This document shows positions 1 through 13,600 of a stretch of DNA of 64,000 bases, piece after piece (positions within the stretch are counted from its first letter, which is position 1; the number at the start of each line of letters is the position of its first letter). The notes under the pieces were generated by a model that saw only the letters and a program-made list of their open reading frames with translations, was not told the origin of the DNA and searched no databases. The stretch is from NCBI RefSeq assembly GCF_032062105.1, contig NW_026931870.1, forward strand, positions 62,001-126,000. Reading direction: 5' to 3'. The stretch is from Saccostrea cucullata (taxonomy: Eukaryota). Made by a program: the position numbers and the translations under genes.

Positions 1-3000
1 GTCATAAGCCCCTTACTTTCAGGTAATCGAATAAGAATCACTTTTGGGAGGTATGAAACGTACCGAGAAAGTTTAGATTTCAAATCATCTATAAAAATAA
101 AATTTTATCATCAAAATTTAATGGATATGTTTTCAATTTGGAATATTGGTAAAACATTGAGTGTTAAACCGATTCTGATTGTTTGTATGGTGCTATGTAG
201 ATTTTTACCCAGGTTCGATCCATCGTCCACCAGAATAATTTCCCTGAGAAAATCAGAATTAGATTTGTCTAAAACACTGTGCACTGTTCTTAGTAATGTA
301 GTAAAACCCTCATTTCGGAATGGAATTATGACGCTTACTTCCGGTAAATTGGCGTCATATTCAATATCATAACACCTGCAAATGTAGAAATAACATGTTA
401 AATATTATATTAGTTTAGTATTCTCATTATTTGAATCGATACATATATGTACTTCAAAAGACTGAGGATGCCCCTTTCCCTGTATACTCTAGAAAAAACA
501 ATAGTATCTGGATACATATGATTATTATAAGAATTTTTACCCTTCTTCTGGAATATCTGGTGGGAAATTCCGGTGCAAAGAGATGAAATCACTGACGAAA
601 GAATTGTACAAGTACAGTTCGTACCCTCTTTTATACTGGCGAAGGTCATCTCCTGAAAGGTCACTCTCTTTGATTGTGACCCCTGTGCCATTGTGTCCTA
701 CAATAAAACGAGTACAGGAATTATAAGTTTCACTTCCTTTACTAGTACTTTATATTCCAACACGTCAGGCCTAGCATTAATAGAGGATGGATCATGGAAA
801 TACATGTATTCCTTTAGGATGTCATCAAATGAATAAAAGGTACTCCTTAAAAAACTCGTCTTTCATTTTTTGCGAACATTTTTGTGTTTCTAGTGACGTA
901 ATGCGGACAGGTACGAATTTTAGTTCAGGGGTTTGGGTTAAATCTAGCAGAAGTTCCTGGGGGAAAAAGCTCTTTAACTGTTTTTGTGGTGAGACAACCG
1001 TTTACATTAGCTATGTTTTGTAGTGTATAAAGTATTTATAATTTGTACTTTTTAGAGATCATGTTTTCTTCGGTACGAATTGCGCACTTTTTCAGCAGAC
1101 ATATCTTTATATTCCTACGGAGTTACTGTAGAATTTATTAAATACATTCTACATGAAAATAACTAAACTTCTGCTGTGGCATTTTTTTTTAGAATAGTCC
1201 ACAGTCTGAATAGTCTGATTAGGGTACTAGTATATTGCTGCATGAGTATGGGAATTTTAGGTTTATATATCTCAGTTACGCAATCTAGAGCATGTTCTAC
1301 GTATGAACCAACTTTTAAAACGAGGTAAGTTATTGATAAACAAGTTGCTGAAAATAAGAATATCAGCAGTCTCGTTTAAAGTCATCATTTCGGAAGTTCT
1401 ATGGTCGATACATTGACCTTGTCAGCAAATACAATCTTTAAGTCTAATGCTGACTAATGTTTTTCATACTTAAGTATGTTAGGCCATTATTTATGAGGGT
1501 TGATCCAAAAGTAATGTCACGACTTCGATGAAACTGCTATCAGTCGACTTAAAACAACAAAATTTTCAATCGTGGAAGCTACATTTATTTCAAATCAGAC
1601 CTGAAAATTTCAATTCAACATGATTTATACTTTTTAAGATATCGGATTATATATAACGTGTGATAATGGTAGTCGCCGCACGTAAATAATGTCATAATTA
1701 TGACGGATACGCACTGTCATACACTTTCAACGCGTCCCTTCGTTTCAAATAAAAATTTGAGATTTGCAAACACATTCACAGATTTCAATTTTTAAAGAAT
1801 TCTTGGTAGGCCTCGTAAGCTCACTTTTTCCTCATTAATTCCTCTGTAAAAAATTGTAATTTGCATAAGACAAACTTATAATTTTACATTTCATTTTAAC
1901 TGTCTGTCTTTTTTTTGACAACGTCACATGCAATAGCCGTTTAAGTCCACCCTCCCCTCTTTCGGTTTTCTTGTCATCTGCTGAGCATTCAATGACCCAT
2001 CAACCATCCAAAATCGGTTAAACCATGCATCTGAACAACTCTTTCATTTACATCCTTTCCTCTGTGAGACAGACTTATGAATCAACCCAACTGTCTCTAC
2101 TGCCGATTTCCCGATTTTAAAGCAAAAATGCATTACAGTTTGTTGTCACTAATGTGGCGATTTTCTTCCATTTCGACATTTCCTTTGATCAATGCATCAA
2201 AGTAAAACAACAATGTGTATGATAAAAATAGCAATGGTGTCATTTAATTTTCAACTTAAGACTAGAAAATATTGTAAATTTTGTCTTTTTAAAATTTGGG
2301 TGATAAGGTGCTTTGTAAAGATGCTTAGTTAATGTGTTTATCTTTTTCATTCTTAAAAAGTACACTTTGATTCGTGACGTTTGGGTGTGACGCGGCGACA
2401 CCCCCTATGTTCTTTGTTTTAAACGTTTATAAAATAAATTCATTTAAATATTCTTAGATGAAAATTTCAATGTTAATTGGATTTATGATTGTGCATCTTT
2501 TGGTATATTGTATTTGATAATATGACGCCAAACATTAAAGATATGGACACAGTGACATTACTTTTGGATCAACCCTCGTACATACTGAATTGTCGACGGA
2601 TTTTTCCGTTATTTCCCGTTCATGACAAGGAGCACACGGCGGGTGTGACCCGGTCAGCAGGGGATGCTCACTCCTCCATGGAACCTGATCCTACCTCTGA
2701 TGTTTTTGGAAGTCCGTGTTTGCTCTGCTCCTGTTTTGTATTGCTTTATACACATTTGATCTTAAATACTGTTCGTTATCTCCATATATTTCAGCAACAA
2801 TACAAAGAAGGAGATGACGCATAGCTATGTGGCCAAGATTGAAGCAGCTGTCCATCTGTCTAGAATAGGTAGTAAATCATATTCACATATATATGAAAAA
2901 TAACAACTCGTATTATAAGCCCTACCATGCAAATTATATAAGAATGTAATGAATACCACAGCTGTGTTTTGATAAAACGTGGTCTGAAATGAGCTTATCT

Positions 3001-6000
3001 TCCAATCAATCTTGGTATCCCTCACACAGCTTTTGGAGAGATAAACTAATATTTGAAAGCAACAAAATTCGGCATCTTGTCTATGATCGTCATGGGAAAA
3101 ATGCATCTGCTGCAAATTTAATTAATTCTAAACACAGTGCATGAATAAGCAAAGAAGTAGATCATACACTTAACAAAAAATCATTTGAAATTTATTTTTG
3201 TTTTGCACAAAATTACGAAAGTACAAAATAAAGATATTCATATAACACTGAAGGGATATACATATACATTTATTAACATACAATTATTTAAACATTATAT
3301 TGGTTGTGCATAATATCCAACAAAAAAGGGACATCTCCAGTCTTCAAACGTGAATGTCTAAGCGCTTCTGCTTCTCGAGAATTTCTCCTATGTTTCTAAT
3401 TTCATTTTCAGCTGATGATTAAAAATCACAATAGTATAAATACATATTTGATCTATACCAATAATACTTTTGAACATACATGTTCCTGTATTCATGATCA
3501 ATTGAACAATTCAAAATAAAATTCTCCTTTTCAACTCAAACTGACAAAAATAAAGATTATCATTCAGAATGTGGGTATATCTTTCAGAATGTGGGTATAT
3601 CTTTCCTTCTCAATCATTATAATAAATGTGCACTTTTAAAATCTATACTTTAAATTTGCAATCAATTAAATATATTTGATTGGAATTAGTTTGTTCAGCA
3701 GAGACGTACGCATACATAAGACTTTGGTTTAAGTCAAGTATAGTTAATATATTTCAATTTTTCGACACCAGAATGCAGGCTCGGATCTGAGATTACGGAT
3801 ATTGAAAGACATTTGCTCTTTAAACCACCACCTCTCGAAAAAGAGGGAGGTCAACATTACCGCTACATTGCCAAAATTTTCAACTCATTACCGCTACATT
3901 TTGTCAGATTTTCGACCGATCATTACCGCTACATTTTCCGGCAAAAAACAACTCATTACCGCTACATACTGAATCAGCCAAAAACAACTCATTACCGCTA
4001 CATATCGATTTAGCCAGGCATAGTTTGGTTTACATGAGTTCTAATCAACAGAATTCCTTCACTATCTAATCAGAATGAGTAGATTGAGTACATATATATA
4101 AATAACTCTGCAGTCGGAATTTAATTATTTAGCGTCATCTGAACATTATGGCCACCATTGAGAAGTTTGTTACAAATCGAGGGAATGCCGGCTTACTTAT
4201 CGATTTTTTATAAATTTAGAAAAAAAAATAAGACTTTCAAAAACTCAAAATTGTGGGGATACGTTGAAAAGAGTTGCAAAAGCAGCTGCAAAACAGACCT
4301 CGACGAATTATTTGATGATTTTAATTTTAAAAAACCCATCCTGTTCAAATTATATTCCCCGTGGTAAATTGCACATGTATAGGTTGTACTGTACACGCAT
4401 AAGTGGCTGGCTAACGAAAGAGGCAATGTAGCGGTAATGTATACTTTTTTATGTCCGTAAGGTTTTTTGTAGCGGTATTTCGGTAATGAAAATTTTGAAA
4501 ATTGAAGTCCACAACTTGTATTTCTTACAAATATACAAGAAAGAAGTTGAAAACACAAATTATATTCTAAATTGCAAAAGGACCCTTTCTTGCATTCCAC
4601 CGTATTTCAAATTGAAGTCCACAACTTGTATTTCTTACAAATATACAACGACAGCTGCTTCCAAACTTCTTTAACATAAGAAAACTCTATAGCACCCAGA
4701 TATTGAGCCCCTGATTCATAATCATCCCTCGTGTTCATGTTTTTTCTTCGCCCATACCGGGGTATATATTGTTGAACATTACTCTTGAAGTTTCTCCATC
4801 GCTACTGTTAATTATCTTTTTGAGGAGTAAAGAAAAAGGCTTGATAGAACATTTATTGGAACCCGCTACGTATCTTTGTTTGTAAGGATTCTTATGAAGT
4901 TTCGGTATCTTATATAGAAATGGTAATTCAAATTCAGTTTGGTTGTTTAAAATATTAACAATATTCAAAACTGACCTATGATTTTGAGCAATGTCCTCCT
5001 TAGAAAGGGAGCTATGAGTATATGTTAGATTACCACTTGTAGAATTAAATCCAAGTTCCTCTAAAATACATTTTATATTGTTAGCCTCACAAATAAAGAC
5101 GATGTTGTAACCTGCTTTGCCAGCAGGCACCAGTACGTACTGATCATGTAATCTATCTAATTCTTTTTTCACTTCTGGATTATTGAATAGAGAAAGATAC
5201 TAATAGATGGCTTTCATATTGCCCTTCAATTGCTTAATGCGTGATTTCAATATACTTCTGACACTTTCAATCCATTCTAACAAAGTGCCAAGGTTTTTTT
5301 TTTCATGGCTGGCCCATCGCCTGGCGTAATCTTCTACAGAATCCATAATATTTATGAAATTACGCTAGTTGAAGGATCGGTGTTGCCTATATTTATGACC
5401 TTTTCAAATAAGTGATCTAAGGCCCTCGTTATTAACTATATTTACGTCACCTTCGAGAGAATTGTGCAACAATATATTCAAGAAGTGGTGTGAATCAGAT
5501 GTGGATACTCAAAAATTCCAAAGAACTTTTGGACAATTTGAAATCACAAGATTTTACCAAAATTAAAAGCTTAAAAAAACTTACGACTTTTGAACTTTAT
5601 ACACAACCATTCCCCACGATAAATTAAAGTCCAGGCTTTTTGATATCATTGACAGCAGCTTTTTCAATAAAAATGGAACAGGTAAATTTACTTACTTGGT
5701 CATTGGTCATTTGCAAAATTATTTTGTTAAAACGCATTCTGATTGACACACAAGTACTCTGAAGTCGACATCAAAAAGATGCTTGAGTTTCTGATTGACA
5801 ATATCTACCGGTATGTGGTTTTTTAGAGACCAGGTCTTCCAACAATCTATTGTAATTCCCATGGGTACCAATTGCGCTCCGTTGTTAGCAGACCTATTTT
5901 TGTATTCATATGAAGCAGAATTTTTGCAAAATCTTATGCGTGAAAAGAAAAAAAACTCTAGCTGTGGTCCTCAACTCAACATTTAGATATATCGACGACG

Positions 6001-8269
6001 TATTGCCAATTAACAATGGTAATTTCCATTCCTATGTCGATATAACATATCCTGATGAGCTTGAGATAAAAGATACCACAGAGTCTGCATGACACTTATG
6101 TTTCATACTTGGATATTTTACTTGAAAAAGACGTTAATGGTAATCTAACAAGCAAGCTCTATGACATACGTGATGACTTTAACTTTCTATCGTCAACTTC
6201 CCTTACTTTTGCAGCAATATACCTTCATCAGCTGCATACGGCGTTGATATCTCTCAGATTATTCGATACGTAAGAGCATGCTTATTATTGAAAATTATTG
6301 AAAAACAAGATGATGAAACAAAAATTTCAGGAGTCTCATTTAAAGTCATCATTTCATAAGTTCTTTGGTTGATACAATGACCTTGTCAGCAAACACAATC
6401 TATCATTGAGTCAAACACTGACTGACGTCAATTTTTCATACCAATTTTTAGTCCATTATTTATACAATGAATTGACGACGGATTTGCCCGTTATTTCCCG
6501 ATGATGACAAGGAGCACATGGCGGGTGTGACCAGTCAGCAGGGTATGCTCACTCCGTCATGACACATGATCCCACCTCTGATGTGGAGGTCCATGTTTGC
6601 TCTGCTCCTATTTTGTATTGTTTTATGGACTTTGATATTTAATACTGTTCGTTATCTCCATATCCTTCACTGTAATAATGAGTTCAGTAGGACTATAGTT
6701 ATAGGGCGAAGAAGAGCATGAATAATGTTTAAGAAACTCGATATCCAGGACCTGTAAAATTTTCTTGTAATTAAAAAGTTTGAAAGCAATAGTCAATTTA
6801 TATTTGTAGGAAAAACAAAGTGCGGCCTTTAACTTGAAATGTGGTGGAATACAAGACTATGCGTAGTAACGAATGAAAAGAGACAGCGTTTATTACAAAA
6901 CCGATGCTAATGACTACGTTAACGTCTCTGTGTAGCAGATTAAAAAGTCTCATCACATTGACATTGTTACACTGTGGACTGGAAAGATTCCCAACACTAT
7001 CAACATTTTCATTGTATCCGTAGGGAAAGTCTGTCCCTAGTTTTTAATCCAAAATTCTTCTCGTTGTCTATGAAAAGGTGTACTCAATGGTGGTCTATTT
7101 GTTGAAAAAGACCTCTGTGAATGTCAGGAGGTCAAAATTTAAAATTCATAGGATTTTTTTTACTTTTAGACTATACTACTTTAAAGAATAATTATTAAAG
7201 AGTCCTTGTTGATTTTGAGGTCAGATGTCGATGATCAGGTAAGAAATTCATATTTGTTTACACATTTTCATATGATAACACACCATATCAAATCCACAAT
7301 CAGAGGTGACAGAAGTGGCATAAAGAGCAAGATAGACAAAGACCCCTTTTTGACCCATGGTTTGTGGCGTCTCAAAGAACAATGCAATAGTTCATCAATA
7401 AAAACCTGTTGTCAGCCCTATTACAAAATAACTATTGATTTTAAGTTACGGAGTAAGCAAAGGTTTAAAAGAAATCGCCATTTTCCATATTTTTTATTCG
7501 CGTGTGAATTTACTTCATAAATTTTATGCACATTTTGCAGGAAACATAAATAAAAAAGTTTAAGATTATCGACAGACATCTATGAAAGGGGCAAAACACG
7601 GACCTCCGGGGATTCCAGAAGTGGGATAAGATGCCTAGGAGGAGTAAGCAGTCCCTGTTAACCTTACAACTTACGCATGCGTGAGGAACACTAGCAGAAA
7701 TGGTTGCATCCATCTATTTCAACACACATTTCTTAATTGACCATTTTTGGCACAGGGTCCTGTACCCTTCCAATATTGGGAATTTCAAATCGAAAAAGTG
7801 GTAAAATTGGGAAATTTTGAGGTTAGACAATATGTTAAAAAGTTGAATAAAGAGTTTGAAGACTGAATCCCTGTTCACACCTGTATGAATCATTAAAATG
7901 TCAAAATTCAAGTTTGTTTTAATAAAACTGCACTGAAAAATTCAGCCTGCGTGTCATTTTGGGAATTTTTTACCTTAATTTTTTGGGGGGGAAGTAAATT
8001 TTCAATTGGGAAAGGGTCCTTTTACAAGACCTGGATGCAAGGGTTATTAAGCCTGAAACATGATCTAACTTACCTGGACCTTCGTCCCTGCTAACATGGA
8101 AGTATGCCTTTCTCTTTAACACTTGTGATACTGTCTGTTGGTTTGTCTGTTTTGTAATGGACTCTAACTCCTGTACTGAAATGCCCTTTTCCGATGACCA
8201 GAAGTAAAAACACATGAAAGGATATAACATCAATAGTAAAGTAAAATACAATCTCTTTCGGCGAATCAT
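1..8269 (-). CDS. Polypeptide N-acetylgalactosaminyltransferase (GT27/GALNT family), 5' part; exons 8269-8074, 697-541, 375-209, 88-<1
   Basis: Spliced translation: type II anchor [24 protein letters not shown], then ...EGPG|HNGTGV...[19 protein letters not shown]|[44 protein letters not shown]..|[23 protein letters not shown]. These are hallmark GALNT motifs. All introns are GT-AG with matching phases. The paralogue cannot be assigned. Confidence 0.93.
1258..2791 (+). mobile_element. 3' fragment of Naiad-like Penelope retroelement, split by a MITE
   Basis: 1258-1493 and 2579-2791 are collinear with 6240-6665 (RT C-terminus plus the 3' motif). Confidence 0.8.
1494..2578. mobile_element. Non-autonomous Tc1/mariner-type DNA transposon
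   Basis: 27-bp TIR YGAGGGTTGATCCAAAAGTAATGTCAC at both ends with a TA duplication. The empty site is recoverable from the paralogous copy near 6455. Confidence 0.88.
3849..4444. mobile_element. MITE with repeated CATTACCGCTACAT motif
   Basis: Inverted ends ACATTACCGCTACATTGCC / GGCAATGTAGCGGTAATGT, and five direct copies of the motif in 3855-4002. Confidence 0.65.
4762..5450 (-). mobile_element. Degenerate Penelope-like (Naiad-type) RT, upstream part, inverted
   Basis: Translates to ..[51 protein letters not shown].. with stops and frameshifts. Confidence 0.85.
5451..6665 (+). mobile_element. Degenerate Penelope-like (Naiad-type) RT core, thumb and 3' UTR
   Basis: [51 protein letters not shown] and NFPY..SNIPSS motifs. 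No GIY-YIG domain follows the RT. Multiple frameshifts. Confidence 0.88.
6900..7105 (-). mobile_element. Fragment of the GIY-YIG endonuclease tail of a Penelope-like element
   Basis: Reads [48 protein letters not shown] with one frameshift. This matches the RE..WI..L.T..P.G.N end of PLE GIY-YIG domains, and coding-like sequence continues after it. Confidence 0.65.
7555..7670 (-). mobile_element. Diverged 3' motif of a related Naiad-like family
   Basis: gtgggataagatgcctaggaggagtaagcagtccctg resembles the reverse complement of the motif at 6520-6580. Confidence 0.55.
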
Positions 8270-8732
8270 GGATGAAGAAAAATATTTCATCGCTAAATGT
8301 GCGATAGAAGATATACTTTTATTTCATCACTGTGTGATGGAAGCGATACTTCAGTGTATCTATGAATTCGGTGTACTTAACCTTAAACCTTTCATAAAAA
8401 TAAATAAATAATCAATGGATACCCCCATATGTCGCAGTGTTGAGGTTGACAAAACAATAACCAGAAAAAATTAAACAATGGACAGGCTCAGTAATTATGT
8501 AAAGGAACGCCGGCCTCGTATGCTTGATCCTCGAAAATTTTTGTCAATTTTAATGGCTATTCAGTATAAATTATGAACTATTGATGAAGTCTATCTTTCT
8601 ACCTGTCTATCCATCCAAAAGGATTAAAAATCACATAAAATCAATTTCGTTTGTACCTGTTATTATCAAATAAAGGGAAAACACTGATCTAAATACCAGG
8701 CCATACATGTATCTTCGATAAAAAGGAATTAA

Positions 8733-9236
8733 GGATTTCCATCCCTAATGGGACCTAATTCCCTACCCTTAAATGTCCGTCAAGTACATAACACACTGAT
8801 ATTATATTAAAGCATTTTATAGTGGAAAAGGATTGCCCGCGAGAAAGTTTTTAAAATGTCATTAATTAAGCAGTAGTTAATTAACAAAGATTGCATTGAA
8901 GTCTATGGGGAAAAACGTTTTTTCAAAATAAAAATTTAAATAATTTGAATATCAATAAATCCTGCGGTGGAGAGATGCATTGAAACATTAAAAATAGAAT
9001 GGCGATTGAAAGCAATTTTTTTACCAGCTAAATTTTTTTTAATTGATTTTTTTTATTAATTAAAAAAAGGGGAGATAACTCTACCAAAACTCAAGGTCAT
9101 AAATTAGGACACATCCCACTATACATACTAATAGTAATAAGTGGGAAATATGTCTAAATAAACTGAGTATTCAATGCCAACATATCAGTTATGTATTCAA
9201 TTTCACTGAATTTGTTCCCATTAGGGATTGAATACC
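8733..9236. mobile_element. MITE with TTAA duplication and GG..CC ends (Kolobok-like)
   Basis: TTAA|GGATTTCCATCCCTAATGGGAC ... GTTCCCATTAGGGATTGAATACC|TTAA. Confidence 0.7.
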
Positions 9237-10308
9237 TTAAAAGCTCAAATATAATATGTAGGAATGTATATGACCTATGAGAGGTCATATAGATCTCTTG
9301 TGGAAGTATAATTGGTCATTTCTACCTTCTTTTTGGTGTGCCTCTGAAATTCATGCCTGTAAAAGTTCAAGTAGCTACGCTGTGTCGGGAAATTGATAAA
9401 TCTAATAATTAAAATATTTCAGATTTCATAAAAAGGAATTTATAGGACGTATGAAACTTGGCGGAATATGAAGATTCAAACTTACACCAGCTTGATCTCC
9501 GTAATGCACTATACCAATGCACAGTGTATTGTATTCATTGACAAAATTTAATCTGGTGATATATTAACTTAGTCATGTCTTATGACACGGGTATTGTATT
9601 TTGTTTGAGCAAAGTTTAATGCTGTAATAAAATAGTATTATTGCGAAAGAAATGCACATTTTTTTTTCAAATGTATTGTTGATATTATTCAAAATCAGGT
9701 AGAGTCAAATTTCCCGTAAAATTTATGATTTTCAACGAGTGTTCAAATTTAGTCAAATGTTCTTGATTTTTGTTTATACGTATATACATGCATAATTATG
9801 AGCATATGAACAAAGCAAACAAAATAATATTCCCATCGCATTTATTTGCAGTTTTGTCAATATATCCTTGAACTACCCCAAAACTTATGAAGTTCATCCC
9901 TCAAGTCTAAATAGGTATTGCCTATTGTTGATACGTTGTCCATACTTTGAAAATCCATCTGATCTTTGAAATTAATCTTTACTCATGAAAATTTAAAAAA
10001 AAAATGGACGGCAAGGTATCAGTCCTTAACAAAATTGTGACCTTCATTTCCTCTGGGATTGTTCTGTAGTTACAAACTAAGATGGATATGCATTGAGAAA
10101 CTCGTGATTCCTGCTTTTCATACATATTTATTTTTGTTCGAAACCAAAATTTTGATATTTTTTTCAGTATCAACAGGTAACAAAATAAACAATATATAAC
10201 ATTTTACTGCAATAAAGAAATATGTCCATAGGGCATGAATGTCCCACACAGGATTCATTACTAATGCAACATGAACATTTGTATAAGTGAGGGAAGTTTG
10301 ATAAATTA

Positions 10309-10514
10309 CTGTAGAAGTATTTTTTCCACGTGGTATTAAAATACGCTATGTACGCGGTCACAAATTTTCCGCGGAAATTTGTCCATAAAATTATTATATA
10401 AATATAAGGCATATAGTGACTGTCCAGGAAATCTGCGTATTTTTCTATTCGCTGAATAAACAGAAATTGAGATTCCGCGGAATTATGACACCGTGGAAAA
10501 AAGTATGTTTACAG
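10309..10514. mobile_element. Short Tc1/mariner-pogo-type MITE
   Basis: TA|CTGTA...TACAG|TA ends with imperfect TIR and internal CCGCGGAA repeats. Confidence 0.5.
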
Positions 10515-10688
10515 TACATATAAATTGCAAAGAATTAAAACAAACAATCAAGATTTTTAAAAAAATGGTATGTGTAAATGTTTGTAATATATTCCTCTAG
10601 TTTTACAAAATACATGTATATGTGGTTCTTGTGTCCCAGAGGAATCAGCATAATTCTGGTAAAATGGTTAAATCCCTTCTCTCCAGTG

Positions 10689-13600
10689 CTAAGATTCCAT
10701 CTGATTTTCCCGTTTAAGTTTGTTTTGTAAATGTTCATGGATTGTTGCCCTTGGGTCCTTGGAATAAGATGGATGGCTGTAAACTTGATGAAATAATTCC
10801 ACGTCTTTTAACCTTATAAAGACAAAACAGAAAAAAGCTGCAAATGATTGGACAACAATCAATAAGACATTTCTGCACTTCATGCATACATCAAAAAAAT
10901 TGTCAAAATGCATAAATGGTCCAATTTTAAATGTCAAAAGAAGCATATGTCACAATATGCATTTGTACAGTTAAAAATACATATTTTAGTGCCTTTAGTG
11001 CAGACAATGATGCGATAATTCATGAATACTGCTAATAAAGAAATCATTTGTAAATACAATATACGGAACAGACATGTGTAGTGTTAATTCATGATTACAC
11101 CAACAACTCTATATCCTTTGATTGCTCTAAATTTTGAATAAGCCAAATTATGTACACATACAGTATTGTTATATTTTTACCAGAATTGTGATATGCATCA
11201 TATTCACATTTTTTTCAATAAGAGACAAAATGATCTTTTCTTATCTAACTAACCCCACATTAGGCCATCCTTAAAAAAATGTTTGTTTGGAACTGCCGCC
11301 TGAAGGGTTTCAGACATAGGAGGGAGGGAGGGAAATTATTTTTTTTTTTTTTTAATTTAAGATAAATTTTCAATTTTTGTTAAAAGTCTTAGTAAACAGT
11401 AAATACATTTTCTGACTTTTAAAAAAAAAGTATCTACCATTAACAGAAAAACCTAATTTTACATAGATCTGACACTATATTTCAATGTTTTATGTGGTGC
11501 ATGTGATACATGTGATGGGCAAAAAAATTGATTAAATTAAAAAAAATCGTTCTACTTTTGGTCAATAAAATTTTTTTCAGGAGGGGGCATTTCAATAAGG
11601 CGGGAGGCAATTCCAAACAACTTTAATTTTATTTTGGCCTTATATAATTGTTATAAACAAGTTGAAACAAAAATTTTTTTGTTGATTTCACAGGAATTTC
11701 AAAATACAACCATAAAACAGCAAACATACACTTTGGCATGATTAAAAAATTTCTGACAAATTAAATTTCATATTTTACAGTAAAAATTTCAAGCCCAAGC
11801 ATTTTTGCAGTACATGTACATATGTATTGATAAACGTATCACAATACAATATTTTGTGCCAACAAATCGCAATAAACTGGAATATCATTATGAATGGACA
11901 GACCTAGGCATGTTGGATGTCACCATGTTTTACTGAATACTATAATACATTATCTTGACATACGAGACAAAATTAATGGTACTCACATCTGCTTTTGCCT
12001 CTTCTTCTCCTTCAAAATACTACGAGGTTTTTCCTTATTACATTCTCTGAAAAAGAAAAGAATTTCTATTTCTTTTTCTGTTTACACTCTGAACACTATT
12101 CCTATTACACAGGGTTAATGTGGCTCGCATTAACTTCATAGGAAATATGCACAAATATCATTCAAAGGCTCTGCATGAGAAAGAGACAAAAAGAACCATG
12201 ATATTCACCAAAAAAAATAATTTTCACATTACATTTGGAACTTTTCACATGATTTTTGTATGATTTTCACAAAATTAATGAAAACAAAAAATGCTTGAAA
12301 ATCCTGCTAGCCACTTTCCCTGAAAAGGAAACACTTGTAAGTGATCTACTGCTATCGCTAACTATGATCCATCCTTTTTTATGAACAAACATTATTCTAG
12401 TACGCTGTACATGCATAAACATTTTAAGATTATGAATAACCTTGACAATGGGGTAGATATGTTACCACATCTAAAATAAAAAGGTCAGAAAGTCATAGCC
12501 ATATGGTGTCCTTGAACTTGCTTAAATAACATTGACATAGAATGGTATTAATCACAGGTACTAGGCAAAACATTTTGTGTCAAGACTGTGACTCAGGATA
12601 TTTAGAAGACTTCAGACTAGAATTTATATTGATTTAGATTTTATAAAAATTCAACAATACTACCAATTAGTTTTAAAAGGCTTTTCAAATAAGATTCCAT
12701 TCATTGAATCTGTATTGGAAGACATTGTAAAAAGCTACATAACATAAACATGTCCTTGTTTATGTCAAATTGAGGTAATAATTCACGGGCTGGAATCCAT
12801 GTGTAATAACCATGTGTAGGTGGGAGGTTTTTTTATGTACCTGTACTCTTACTTTTTTTTGTGTTGGTCACTTTTGAGCAGCATGTCCAGTGTACGAAGG
12901 GCCTCTCCCAGCAGTCTATGTCCCCCCAGTTTTTTTATATATACATGTATTCTTACTTTTTCTTGTGTTGGTCACTTTTGAGCAGCATGTCCAGTGTGGG
13001 GAGGGCCTCTCCCAGCAATCCTATGTCCCCCACCACAGGGGTACTCTGTTTTCTCTTCTTCTCTTTGGCCGCTTTCTTTGCTGCCTCCACTGCATCCAAT
13101 TCTATCAATAAATCAGACCACTATCAAATGTTCTAATAAGGAATCAGCAGCTTTACTTTATTCCATTTCACACCTGTTGGCAACAGAGCCTCAGAGTAAT
13201 TTCTTGGGAAACAGTTTTATAATTGCACAATATCTAAATAAGTATTTATGTAAAAAGATACCTCTCAAGAAGAAAACAAAAGTTTTATTAAATTATCCCT
13301 ACTTCATCTATCACTACCCTTTGACTTACTTTGCACCAGAAGTTCCCTCCTGAGTTTCTTCCTGTCCTTCTTCTTCAGCTGTAGCCCCTTCAGTGAGGTG
13401 CTAGTGATGGCGCTCTTTGTGTCCCAGTCAGTGGGCAGCTTCTGGGTCAGTTCCTCGGCACTAATCTTCACGCTCTTAAACATGTTACCTGTCACAGCAG
13501 CTACACCGGGATTGGAGGAGGTTTCCATTTCCTAAATATATGTCAACATGTACTACTTTATAGAGTAGATAATTCTTAATCATGTTCAACTATAGCACAC

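Noticed and set aside
2795-3143. Exon-like plus-strand segments in GALNT intron 1 (60 open codons from 2962)
   Set aside because: Candidate splice phases do not give a continuous ORF, and no family was recognised.
4499-4648. Exact 40-bp direct repeat 110 bp apart
   Set aside because: Only two copies and no terminal structure; treated as a local duplication.
5451-6420. Selenocysteine recoding in the Naiad-like RT
   Set aside because: The copy is too degenerate. The TGA codons I examined are explained by frameshifts or decay, and I identified no SECIS.
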